DNA of 64,000 nucleotides from NCBI GenBank assembly GCA_963693365.1, contig CAVNZM010000001.1, forward strand, positions 990,054 through 1,054,053. Reading direction: 5' to 3'. Within the stretch, counting starts at the first letter, position 1. Each line of letters starts with the position of its first letter. Below the pieces are notes generated by a model. It made no database searches and was not told the DNA's origin. It saw only the letters and a list, made by a program, of their open reading frames with translations. Positions 49,346 through 62,239 of the stretch are shown here, one piece after another. The position numbers and the translations under genes are program-made. Source of the stretch: Amoebidium appalachense. Taxonomy: Eukaryota > Protista > Ichthyosporea.

Positions 49346-52300
49346 TCAATCCACAATATCCGGCAAACAAAGTCGGGCACGATGGGTGACATGACTCGGG
49401 CCGGGGAGGGGTTTGGAGAGGATGTCAGCTAAGTTGTGGGCTGACTCAACGTAGTGGACAACCACATCCCCATTTGCAATGTAGTCCTTGGTGTTGTGAT
49501 ACCGGACTGCAATGTGTTTGGTACGGTGCTTGATGCCGGTGGAGTTGACGATGGCAATGGTCGACTGGTTGTCACAGTACACCGGAGTCGGAGCAAGCAT
49601 GGGGCAGCCGAGTTCCTTGAAGAGGTCACGGACCCAAGCAACTTCTTGGGTGCCAGCATTGAGAGCAATCAGCTCAGCTTCAGTGGTGCTGGTGGCCGTG
49701 ATGGGCTGGAGCTTGGAGTACCAGATGATGGGCATACCAGCAAACTCGATGATGTAGCCGGTGGTAGACTTCTTGCTGTCGGCACAACCAGCAAAGTCAG
49801 CATCCGTGTAGCATTCGAGTATGGGGGGCTGGGTGGCCGAGTACTTGTAGTCAATGCCAAGGTCAATGGTGCAGAGCAGGTACCGGGCCACACGACGGAG
49901 AAGGTCCCAGTGAGTCTTGCCGGGGTTGGTGCTGAACCGACCAAGGAAGCCGATGGCATAGGCAATGTCGGGACGTGTGCATCGGGCCACCCAGAGGAGA
50001 CGGCCGAGTAACTCACGGTAGGGCACGGTGAACGGTTGGGGGGGGCAGTCAGCCAGGGAGACGGTGGTGCCTGCAGGGATGGGGGTAGACTTGGACTTGG
50101 CATCGGTGAGGTTGAAGTCGTGGATGATATCCATGATGTAAGACCTCTGGTGCATGTGGAGGTGATGGGGATCAGAGTGATTAAAATCAACACCGAGCAT
50201 ACGGTCAAATGGACTCATACGACAGCTGGCCATCTTGCTGATGTGGGCAGCCAGGTCACTGGCAGCAGTAGAACCCCGGGTGTTGGTGATGGTGGAGTCG
50301 TCGACGTAGTTACCAGCCCGAACCACATCGTTGTTGGGGAAGAACCGGAGGTAGATGCACGGGTCTGTCTTAGTACGGGTCAGGCCATGGGCAAGAAGAA
50401 TGCCGTCGAGGAAGTCGTACCAAGCCTTGGAGGCTTGCTTGAGGCCGTACAGGGCTTTCTTGAGTCTCCAGACCTTGCCAAGTGTGGCCATGGTGATGAA
50501 TCCTGGGGGTTGTTTCATGTAGATGGTCTCGGTGAGTGGGCTGTTGAGAAAGGCCGTAGACACGTCGAGTTGATGGATGTCATGACCTTCAACAACGGCC
50601 AGAGCTAGGATAGCACGGAGAGCAGCCGGACGGATGACAGGGCTCTCAATCAACTCATAGTCAACACCGTATTGCTGACTGAAGCCTTGAGCAACACCAC
50701 GGGCCTTATTTTGGTGTCACCAGCCGAGTTGAGAGTTTTCTCGGCGACAATCCACTTGAAGCCGACGATGTTAGCACCAGGGGGAGGGTCAACAAGTTCA
50801 AAGATGTCTTTGTTGACGAAGGCTTGATACTCAGCAGTGAGGGCTGACTTGACCTGGTCACCATTGGGTCCGGAACACAGTTGACGGACAAGTTTGGGTA
50901 GTTGGTCGATGTTGATGGGGGGACCGGGGGGGACTGGCAGGGTGGTGGTGGCTTGAAGTCCAACCTTGCCCTGTAGACGGGCAGAACGACGGGGTGCAGG
51001 GACCGGGGGAGGTGGAGACGGGGGGGGGGAACCTGGAAGTTCGGAATTGCAGGGGGGGGCAACCTCCGGGCTGGACGGGGCCGAGTGGAAGTTGTCGGGG
51101 GAGCCGGGTCGGATGGGTGTGACGTTGCCAGGGGCAGGATGAGGGTCGGCAGGCTGGACGGGCACGGGGGCAGGGGGGCCGGTGGGGGGGGGTGTCGGGG
51201 GAACGACGATGGCAGGAGGGGGGCCAGAGTACACCAGACAAACATCATCTTCAGTGTCAACTGTGGGGGGTGGGGTGGTCGAGGTAGCAGTGGTGTCGGG
51301 GGTCGGAAGTGTTGATGGAATGTCGGACGGGAGATAAGCTGATTCGTCGAAAATCACATCACGGAAGAGGACGACACGATGGGTGGTGGGGTTGAAGATC
51401 CGGTGGCAGTGTGATTGAAGATCATAGCCGATATACATGCCGAGTTTGACGGTGGGGGCCAGCTTGTTCCGTTTAGAGGCTGGCACATGAGTGTAGGCAG
51501 GGCAACCGAACACTTTGAGCTCGGAGATGTCGGGCTTGACACCGTAGAAAGCCTCGAATGGTGTACGACCACTGGCAGTCGTGGACGGGGTGAGGTTGAT
51601 GATGTAGGCGGCATGTTGGAGGGCCTCAGCCCACAGTTTGGGGGACAGAGACTGATCTTGGACTTGATGGAGGAGGCAACGAACAATCTCTTGTAGGAAC
51701 CGCATACGACGTTCAACGTAGCCGTTCAGTTGAGGGCAGTCCACCGGAGCATAGCTGGCCTTGATGCCCTGGGAGAGGCAAAAAGCACGGGTAGCCTTGG
51801 AGGTGAACTCAGAGCCGGAGTCGAAGTGGTAGACACCAACTTTGGAGGGGGGATGGGTAGCAACGAGGTTGGTGTGAGCTGTGAGAATGTCCAGGGTGGT
51901 TGTACGGTCGGTCATCGGGTAGATCTTGACGAGTCCAGAGGCACGGCAGACAGTGACGAGAGCAACCTTGGAACCTCCGTACGATGTTGTGGTAGGCTCA
52001 AAAAAATCCCAATGCCATTCATGACCGGGGATGTTGGAGTAAGGACGGTCACCCTTGAACGGAGCCTTGGTGGTTTTACCCATAATGCAGCCATGACAAT
52101 CAGGAACATCACAGTCGAGGACAGACGAGGGGAGACCAATAACAAGGTCGTGTTTCACCATGTCCTTGATGCTGGTCATAGCACGGTGCCCCAGACGATG
52201 GTGCCAGATGGATGGGTTAACACTGGTGGTGGCAGCCAGAGCCACAGGACGAGTGGGTGGTTGAATGGTGTAGTCCTTGAAGTAATACAGACCGTTGTGT

Positions 52301-53762
52301 AGACGGAGGTTGACGAGATGACGGCCGGTAAGTCGGTCGAAGAGGAATGACGGAGTGGAGGCATCATTCAAGTCACCCTTGATGTATTCGGCAGCAGCTT
52401 CAAGTTGGGATGTTGAAATGAGGAAGGCTTGGCCAGACGGGGTGTAGTAGGCTTCAATGGTAAGGGTGGCAGTGCCATGGTCGGTGGTGGTGTTGATGAA
52501 GATATGGCCGGTGTGGGTGGCCAAGACGGGGGTGCCATTGAAGGCAGCAACGGGAGTCGGTGTCGGAAGCGGAATGAGGTCATGGAAGAACTCACGGGTG
52601 GGGCAGACAGTCATGTTGCACCCGGAATCCCAGGCTGTGCAGGGTCGGAGGACACGGGGACGGAGCTAGCATTGTATGCCGAGAAAGCAAAGGAGACAGA
52701 TTTCTCATTGCCTTGACGGGAACGGTTGTGTCTGGACATACGGCATTTCGGCTCGGGGCAATCGATGATCGTGTGATCAGGCTCGTGGCAGTAGGAGCAT
52801 GCTTTCACGGACGGGTTGTTAGAACGAGCCGGGGAATCAGAACGACGGGAACCCGAGAAACGGGAACGACTGGGGGAACGAGACGTGGACCGGAAGGCAG
52901 GCCGGTGGGGGGAACGGGATCGGGTGTGCTGACGGGAGAGACGAGTTCGGAGGTCCGTGCCAGGGGTACGGTCAAGTCGGTTGCGTAAGTCACGGCGAGG
53001 AAGATCACGGGGGGGAGCACTGGCATTTAATGCCATGCTGGACTTGGAGGCACGGTGGGCACGGTTGCTCCGGAGTTGCATCTTGAGGTCTTGACGTAAC
53101 TCGATGCCCTTGACGTGGTTGTGGAGGGACTCGAAGTCGGGGAATAGCTTATCACCGAAGTGATAGTCTTCGATAAGACGGTTGAACTCAGGGGTGAGGT
53201 CGTCTCTGGTGGTGAGTTCATTGAAGAACTTCTCAGCTAGACGAGTGAAGTGAATGGACTCATCTTGGAGGGACTGGAGCTGGTTCACGATGGTCTGCAG
53301 ACGACTCAGGTAGGTGGTGAATGATTCACCGGGCTGCAGGGCACAGGCATCCCACTGACGGTGAAGGATGCGGATCTGATCGGGTTTGCCTTGGAGGTAG
53401 TGTTGACGGAATTTCCACATGGCCCGTTCAGGGTCCATGCCAATACGGTACTGGGCAACGGTGGTGAGCACGGAAGGGTCGATGTTCTGTATCATATGGA
53501 GCAGGAGGCAATTGCGGGCCTCCTTGAGCTCCGCGGTAGTGCCGTAGCCGTAGAAGGGGGGTTCATTGTCAACCGCGACGGTGGTAGGGGGTACGTAGTT
53601 GTCAGCAAGTACAACATCCACGAGTCGGACACCTTTAGTGCCGGTCATCATGCCGAGAAAAATGATTTCCCATTGAAAATAGGTGGTTTTGCTATCGGGA
53701 CCAGTCTTCCCTTCATCTTTCCACATGGTTATTTTGTTTACACCAGTTTTGTTTGGATCCAT
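49346..53762 (-). pseudogene. Copia gag-PR-IN-RT-RH polyprotein with two frameshifts (~52635, ~50708)
   Basis: Consecutive 383/654/435-aa ORFs; CSYCHEPDHTIIDC, WDSGC, WHHRLGH..CHGC, WDFFE/FDSGSEF/ERRMR, GNYVDD, ADILSKPL. Confidence 0.95.
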
Positions 53763-53789
53763 GATTGAAAAACGATCGCTAGTTCTAGA

Positions 53790-53824
53790 TGTGTGTAGGG
53801 AGCGTGCAAAAGGGCTGCATAACC
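53790..53824 (-). promoter_or_regulatory. Half-tRNA (iMet anticodon-arm) primer binding site
   Basis: GGTTATGCAGCCC immediately after the LTR-terminal CA, like copia/Ty5 GGTTATG(G/A)GCCC; same at ~2625 and ~10246. Confidence 0.8.
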
Positions 53825-54741
53825 TGTTAAATTATATAAGTATTTGGGATGTAAGCAGAGACACAGTGGTGCAGTGTGAAAACACCACAGACACACAAAA
53901 CATGGAACGATCGGAGCAGTGTACACAACAGACATCAATGTTTAGACACGACTGAACTGAATTTATTCTGATCTTCGAATAAATACCTGAAATTCCTCTA
54001 AGTCCAATCCATACATGATTTCCGACCAGTCGGAAATCAGATCCATCTCTAATAGAAACCAATCACTAAGAACCAATTGCTTTCAGAGAGATCCGGTACG
54101 CGGAGACGTACACGATAGGACACAGACACTAGTTAAGATCAACTCGTGTCATCATCAAGGAAGTTCTAACCTATGACATACTGCAAAGACTCAGACATAT
54201 CACACTTAACCTTGATGATTGGTTAAAGCCCGGCAACACATGAAAACTAAAGTGAATTAATGAAGTCTAAACACACATGCTATTCTAAGTGTAGCCTAAG
54301 TGTGTTACCGTCCAATGAACACGTATTAAGTAACACAAATCTACCTAACATATATTAGTAGAAAAGAAATACGATTATACACATGAAGACAAGGAGAGAA
54401 AGAAAAGAAAATAAGGAAGGAGAAAGAGGAAGGAAAAGAGAGCACAGATCAACAAACAAGATAGTAATAGCATAACTACAACCAGAGATATTTATGTACA
54501 CACGAACATGTACACGTCTCTCCCTGAGTGGGTGGATCCGTGTACACACATATAAATATTCTAATCGATATTACAACACACGATTAAAGCCGATACAACA
54601 CGATTACAAGTATACAAGCATATCGGAGATCGATGCTACACTTTACATGATAGGAGTGTGGCATATACACTAAGCATATGAACTGAAACATAACACAAAC
54701 TGAGAAGATCTTACCATATGTAAAAACTACGTATTACAACA

Positions 54742-55377
54742 CTTTTCTTTCTGTTTCCGTGTACACCGATATCTTAGATCTGTGTACGTATCGACATGCT
54801 TAGCTCGCGCACACGTATTGTCGTTTGTGTCAAAATCTATATATGTCATCCAATCAGATCTCGTTTGTATTTTCCCAAATATAGTAACTTACATTCCTTT
54901 CCCATTCCTTTCTCACAACGTAGCATTGTGCTATGTTCTCCAACTATTAGGAATAATTATATTTAGACGTGTTATGATAAGAACATGTATAAAAATGTAT
55001 GTTATGAACTAATAGTTACATAAGTGGTTTCATTTTGTTAAATGTTTCCGTGCTTTTATTAGAAGTTTCTTTCATTAGAGGATTGGATTCTATATTCTAT
55101 GTGTCGACAGACATTTCGATCGATATATTTTACACTCATAGTTTTCGTCTTTTTGATTGAAAAATAGAGTTTTCGTTCTTTCGATTGGTTTATCGTTTTC
55201 ACATCAGTATAAAAGGGACTTCATCTTGGAATAAATCTTAAGCAGTCGTATTCATTTCCTATGGTTCCAGAATCGTTCCACCTCTCCGGTTGTGTTTCTC
55301 CCGTGTGTCTCTGTGTTGTGTATAACATAACACCCATCTGTGCTCTCTGCTTCTCCGTTTACCCACACAAAACAACA
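54742..55377 (+). repeat. Remainder of LTR-B begun at 47910
   Basis: Colinear with 1680-2313; ends AAAACAACA. Confidence 0.92.
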
Positions 55378-55876
55378 GATACTCAACATAACTATGTAGT
55401 CTTCGTTTCGTGTTTTAGCAGTTCGCGTTCGGCTGCCCGCATACGGGCACCTATTAGCCGATCAAAAACGTCAGATTCCACAGATCACTAGACCGAGTTT
55501 GATTGGCTCAGGATCAGATTTCACATAACACTAGATCGATTTTGATTGGCTCAGATCAGTAGCCTTAGGTATATAAGCACGACAGTTTTTTAGCAGATCA
55601 GCAAGCAACAGACACATCTTCTGTGTTTAGCACCTACAGCTTTACAGCTATAATTTCTTTCACCCACCCACCTACACCCAACACTCAACCCCCATTGATC
55701 CACACATACGTGCTGTTTTTTCACGGGGCGAAAACGTTTTTTGGGCACAAGGACCTCACGGATCAATAAATTGATGACTGGGGGCTTGCCGTGGTTTACA
55801 ACCATTGCAGGTTCACTTTCGTCCAAGGGGATGTCCCCCTAGAGGCAACACACGTCCCGGAGTAGTTTTTCATAGA
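55378..55876 (+). mobile_element. 3' end (partial A2, spacer, B2) of a YR element, probably copy 3
   Basis: Shares private variants with A1 at 20626-20900 (GATACTCAACATAACTATG). Confidence 0.85.
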
Positions 55877-57170
55877 AAGGATTTATACTCGTCTCGTAGG
55901 GGGATCCATAAACATGTGTGACAGATGCTGGTGGTGATCAGTTATTGGTGTCCACCTGGCTTATGCTGTTTTCTCCCCTCCACTCCTTGTGTGCTGACAC
56001 TTAGATTCTGCCATAAAAAACATTAAAGCTATTTAGGACTTCGCATGTACATAGCTGAACTAGTAGCTATATCATAATATAGTGTTAGCTGGAGAGTCCT
56101 TTTTGTTCACATGTGTCCACTAGGTGTATGGTATAAGAAACAACATATCTCCTACGTTACGACCTACGTATTACTAACAGCAAACGCAGCGTAACAAAGC
56201 TACAGCTCAGCATAAAAATACGCATAGTATAGCAGGGATGGAGAGAACTTTCTTGAAAACCTTTCCTTTACAACTCCGGATACGCACTTAATTTATCTGC
56301 CAAACACTTGGTTGCAATCGGGTCAAACCGGCACTCGCGCACACTACACCCACATGAACCGTTTTGAACTTACAGATACACATCAAAGCGAACACAATGT
56401 GAACACAACACAAACACGCAGGACAACACACACTGTACAAAAGCTTACCATATGCACGTACATGTGCACACCACAAAACACAATCGTGTGCTGAGCACAC
56501 CACCACTTGTGACACTGAAAAAGATATATTCATTTGTCAACTGCTCACACGTACAAACAGTTGTATAATATTCAGCATATGAAGGCCCTCTAAAGCCCTT
56601 AATACCTCAGGAGGTGACCATGCCAATAACCCGGGCCCATAGTAAGCGAATCAGCCTTGAATCAAAAGGGAATCTAAAGGGGGTTTCTTTAAGACTTTCG
56701 GGCCGGGTCGGGTTAGAGGGGATTCTAGCTATATGATTAATCATATTGCCGTGCTGCACATCAGTTGCGCACCATCGTTTTTCCGGCAGCAAGGAATAGA
56801 GTACAGATGTACCAAAATACAACAAAAAGAAATAAAAAAGAGAACAAAAAGAAACAAAGAAGGGAAGAAAGCGTTAGGAATAATATTGCAGTTCATATGA
56901 TTTATATGTTGAGCAAATGGCTTGACCCGGATGTGCTGGAATGGGACAATATATCGGCCTAAAAGAACCCCCCTTTCAGGAATTTACATTATATTTACCA
57001 GAACAGTAGCAAGCACAGCAAGCACCTAATGAACTATAATAAAAACTCCATATTCTAGCATACTCTACTGAGTCTCTCTCTAAAGAGCCCATCAGAGAAG
57101 AACTTTTTGTGGCATGCGAGTCACTCTGCTCCTGCGTCCTATACAGATGTTCGAAACAAAACGTGCTGAG

Positions 57171-60100
57171 TCAACCCCTATGAACCCAAGGCTGTGCATC
57201 TTTCTTCCTGGCAAGATTCACCTGTAGATAATATGTGGGGTCCATCTGCAGTGTGGGGAAAATGATCTTGTCTGCCATTCCAAGATCGTGCCCTCTAGTT
57301 CCGGCCAATGTCATGTTTGCCCTTATTTCTCTGACCAGGTCGGACGAGAGCACATAGAGCTGGCTATCCATTGAATGATCATAGGCCGAGCATTTTGCAA
57401 GCTCCTCTTTCATCCTGCCGTAGTAGACCCGATCTTGGGGCAGGGTGGCTAGTTGCTTTACAAGCGCCTTGGCATCAATGTGCGTGTGGCGGTCGGCCCG
57501 GCCGATGTGTGTCGCCCACAAGAAGGCCTTCGAAGCATAGCTCCACCATGAGAACATGGGATCGACAGACCCAGTGCAGTCCAGCTCCAGAACAGTTGAG
57601 GCATTAGCAAAATAGGTGTGGCTGGCAAGCTCACCCATGCCCTTGCACCACACCGGCACCACCATAACACTGCATGATTCAGGGACATTGGTGTCGGTGC
57701 TGTAGAGACATGTGTCGGCATTATTTTCCCTGCTGTGGCTTAGCCACTTTTCGGGCACCACCTGGTCTTGGTTGTCAGGGTGAATCGGCACGGCCAGTAC
57801 CACACGGGGTGCGGCATCCACTGGACACGGAAACAGCGTTGCTGATGGGGGGGCTATGTGTTGCCGCCTGGCACGAGACGTAGACATTTTTTGGGGGAAC
57901 AACTGAGGGTCCTGACCGAGGAATCAGGGAGGGAGGCAGGTAGCAGAGTAAGGCTTCAGTGGTAGACAACATATGTTCTTAAAGAAATAGCTGGGCATTG
58001 ACTGTGCTAAAATTCGTCTGCATCGTTGTTCGTTGAATACTATCACTCCATCATTCTAAAGGTCATATTCATGTTTGGGTTCAACTCACAAATGGAGAAT
58101 AAGTACCAAAATATAACAACCTCCCCCCCCCCCCCCCCCCCCCCCTTCCTCAAAGAAAACTCCTTACCACCATCTTTTCCCTTTTCTCCCCCATCAACTC
58201 TCACAGTCCGTTTATATCAACCATGCACCGCACTGCCGGCAATACATGCCAGCGAGGAAACAGAATAAGACACCACATGTACCTTACTGAACAGTTGAAC
58301 AAGACTGCCACATAAAGACCACCATGCATGCCAGAATATGCCTGATTGTGCTGCTGTAATACACATGCCTACATACCCGTATGCCCTAGACAACAGTAAA
58401 ACGGTATGGACAAACACGATCTTTAAACACACAGCACAAGTTCCACAACGCACAACTCAAAACACGCGACAAAAACTGCAAGGTCGAATCCAACTCTATT
58501 CGAATAGAATTTACGGTTTTGGGGGGGGGGGGGGGGGGGGGAAAGAAAAAACAAAAAGAAAAAGAATAACTCAACATGCACACTACACAATGTGCACTTG
58601 CACGAACACCTAACGTACGTACACACAAGTAGAATCATATCCACTCATGATGCATGCAGATGCGAGTAGTAAGGAGATTAGGAGAGGAAGTGAGGTCGTT
58701 TAATTACACCAACCTTCAATGGATGCTCGAAGGGAAGCGTCTTTGACCCGACTTGGATGACGGGGAACGGTGCCAGTGACACCCACTTCCCCGTTTGGAC
58801 ATCTTCATGCCCCTCCATTGTGGGTCTCGTTATGGGGTTGGATTCGTCCCCGACCCATTGCACAAGATCAGTTGACATAAGAATCATCTGCCCACTCACG
58901 TAGGTGAAGTCCTTCGGGCATTTTCGCACACATCCACATCTGGGTTACATGGGTATTGATTAATATGCAAGGCGCACTGCCATTTACCCCCCTGTATGGA
59001 TTGTGTCTGAAAAATGATTTCATACCATAGTATGCATTCAAATTACCTACATTAGTGTAATCTCTGCCTGAGCGTTTTACGCAGGATTGGTAGCTTGATG
59101 GCGCATATTTTGCTTCTAACCATGAGGAAGGATCGTTTCAAATCAGTGGATCATGCAACATCCCAAGATGTTCGGGCACCTTGAATAAATCAAGCAGCTC
59201 AAAATGCGAATGGGGAGCATACATGCTGAAAGTGTTGGAACGACCATAGTACAGCTGCCAGGAGGGTAGAGAAGCCAGTTCCTTGACAAAATCGCCTGCC
59301 CAGATGAATGTGTCCATGTCGCCTTTGGCCACGTGGGTGGCATGGGGGAATGCTCTGGCTGCATGCTGCCACCAGGCCAGCGACTTGCCGTTGTTCATGT
59401 TCTCCGGTATGTTCAGAACCACCAGATCGCCGTAGGTGGAATTCTCTTCAGCAATCAGCTTTGCTTCTTCCTGCGGATGCATATGGGAATTTGTCGGGGG
59501 TAAGTTCATGTCACAAAAGGCTTGAATTTGGCCTTTCAAAAATCAGCTATTGCTACCAAGAGGCAACAGCACATGCTTCTGGTGCCTGGAACTATAAATG
59601 ATCCGTTCGCCTTTGGGGCCCGTAAATTCCAGATAATTCAACTCAGTTATTCATTTTCACATCATACTAATACCCAAGTCAATTATTATTATAGGCCACC
59701 TGAACCTGGTCATAACTTCTAATTTACCTCGTTGGCAGGCAGTCCCACCACAAACACGGGCAATATGCTGCACGGTTTGCTTTCCGTTTCGGCCTGGTCA
59801 AAGCTGCGTTTGCAAACTTGCGGAAACTTGTGCCATGTCCGCCGGTGCACTTCTCTAAACTCGTAAAGTTTGGCCATGGAAAATGTTCCGTACACAATGC
59901 GAAGCTGCTGACTGTCGTTTGACAGAGAACACCTGGCGGGGGAGTCTTCAATTCTGTACAGGTTTGTCAATGGGGTTCTGCCCCCACCAGAAACTTGTGC
60001 ACTTTGAACCGATCCCCACAATTGGGTAATTGATGAGCTTGCAGCACCTAAACCAACATCATGCAATATCTTCAACAGTAAGGCACCCAACAATATAAGC

Positions 60101-60198
60101 CAAACCAGCGTGACCCTAGAGGAAAAGCTCGCAGAGCAACAGATCCTGGAAAGGATAGTGCTTCCTCCGCACATACTAAATGGCGCTGCTTTCTTCAT
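57171..60198 (-). CDS. Multi-exon type II membrane glycosyltransferase, GT31 (beta-1,3-galactosyltransferase-like); exon model approximate
   Basis: N-terminal TM segment; RRTW, VFVVG, EE...YGDLVVL...ENMNNGKS, KGDMDTF (DxD), YYGR, YVSGQMILMSTDLV, HEDV..GKW, HPLK. Exons approx 60198-59728, 59470-59180, ~58950-58714, ~58345-58283, ~57910-57171; not all phases resolved. Confidence 0.8.
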
Positions 60199-61886
60199 GG
60201 CTGCTATGTGCCTGCCTACGTCTAGTATTCCCGCAGGAGACTGTGTCAAAGATGTGACCTGATTGTCTTTATGGGGGGGATATTATTGTTTCGTAAGTGT
60301 GCATATGGTCGCCACCTCGGTACGTGATGATCAGCCACTCACAGCGTAGCCGCCAGGCGTTCGCGTTGTCATGATCAGGAGCCCGTAAATCGAGTCATAA
60401 CCCCGTAAATTTTCACGGAGATTTAGACTCGTCGATAGGTCCGCTTTAACTGCATTTGGAGTTCCGGATGCTTTGCACCAGACCTGAAAAATATAAGCGT
60501 ATACCTCTGTTTGTGGTTGGATTACTTAAAATGCGCCAGATTTAAGCCTCCGCATTTCAAGGGGTTGTCTTTTAGTTGACACATTGCGCATTATCTGGGG
60601 TTTCTGGTAGGCTACTCGTAAATATGGCAAATGCAAACCCTGTTTTTTGAGTGGGGGGAATGTGGGTTTGAAAGCGTTCATTGGTTTACTAAAGAGCCAC
60701 CTTTTGATTGGTCAGAACCTTGGCTGGTGGGATCCCCCAATACTTCTATGTGGGGGGGCGATCGTATGTCCCGTACCTGCGCAGCTGCGTTCCCAGGCAT
60801 TTTACACCCCGTTTCCATACGTGTGTAACTGTATGTAGCTAGTAGCTACGGAAAATTGAGCCTCGTTATACCAAAATACCCATATTTAGTGTGAATTTTT
60901 TGATTTTTACTATATGTAGGACCACATGCAGTCCTATGTCTGCAGGGCTAGAAATACACTTTAGGATTACTGTATTTTGGCACCTGGCGGATCGGCGCCT
61001 ATTTTTGACCAGAGAAATGGCCCGGGTACCCTATCAGGAGCGGGCAATTTTTGAATTCTCCCACCCCGGCCCCGCCGGGGAAAATTTGAGGTTTTTGGAC
61101 CTCAAAGAAGTCAAATCCTGCAAAATCCACTACCGGGAGGCCAAAAAGGGTGATTTCACAAAAAAGCAGGGTCATACATGAAAAAGAGAAAATGGGCGAG
61201 TTCAGTGGGCTGCCGATAAGTATATTTCGTGCTGGGCCGGTATACATGCTGCCGTGGTTGTTGCTGTAGACGGCAGTATGGCATTGCATGTGTCACGTGA
61301 CCTGCACGTGAATGCGACCATGTGCAGGCACTGAGTCTAGGGGGATTTGTGTGTGTGTTTTGGAGCACCGACAAGGCAGAGCCAGGGTGAGGGATGTGTA
61401 AACATAGAGTTTAGGGAGATCGTGCTGCTATTGTAACATGTGCACAAAACAGCCACGTGCACCACACTCCGGTGTACAGAACAATAATATGCACATGCGT
61501 CACTGTAATATCATGTATGCGCATGCCGCACAAGGTTTAGGAGACCACCACAGTAGATACTATTTTCTTTTGGTTGATATCCATGTAGGAATGGTGTGTT
61601 GCAGTTGTCATGATCAGCCTGAGGCAGGCACGTGCACTCACTGAATTACTAGAACTCATGAATAAAAATACATTCGCTAAAAATGGCAAGATAAATTTGG
61701 GGCCAAGCTATTATTTCCCCCTTTTAAACGTTTTTTTAGCTCCAAGAACTTCGATGCCAAAATTTCTATATTTGGCCATCGTATATGATAATGAACACGT
61801 GTACATAAAGTAGTTATTTAACTATGAGCGGCCCGTTACAAATACAGTGACGAAAAACAGTGACCTACGAGCAGTTTTTCTTTCTA

Positions 61887-61931
<45 letters not shown>

Positions 61932-62239
61932 ACACACACCAGACACACACACCACCACCACACCACTCACCCCCCAAAAAAACCACACACATACGTGCAC
62001 GTGTACACACACACACAGAACACCACCACCACCTCCACTGGACCCCATTTCCTCGTTGTTTTCTTAAGCCTTCAGACCAGTCCTGTACATTGGAGTTGAA
62101 CAATTGAATTCACCTAGGCTGACATGCTTCCACCCCCGCCTTCCACTTCCCTTCTCCCCACCCCCACCCCCACCCCACCCCCACCCCCACCCCGGGGGGG
62201 GGGGAGCTCTCGAGCCTCCGGGTAGGGAAGTGGGGTCCG

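Larger units (their letters stand above)
48015..54741 (-). mobile_element. Near-complete family A Ty1/copia element
   Basis: LTRs 53825-54741 and 48015-48927 (about 8 differences by eye); TSD CTTTT; PBS GGTTATG; PPT AAGTGGGGA; inserted in LTR-B. Confidence 0.96.

Noticed and set aside
52611-52645. Programmed gag-pol frameshift
   Set aside because: Family B reads gag-PR in one frame; a 5-bp insertion just before WDSG explains the break.
37736-53768. Many Ser/Thr/Pro-rich alternate-frame and Gly/Val-rich antisense ORFs
   Set aside because: Shadows of C-ending codon bias in copia pol.
60300-61830. Short hairpins upstream of the GT31 gene (e.g. TTTGAGGT/ACCTCAAA), possible MITE
   Set aside because: No terminal inverted repeats or TSD could be defined.
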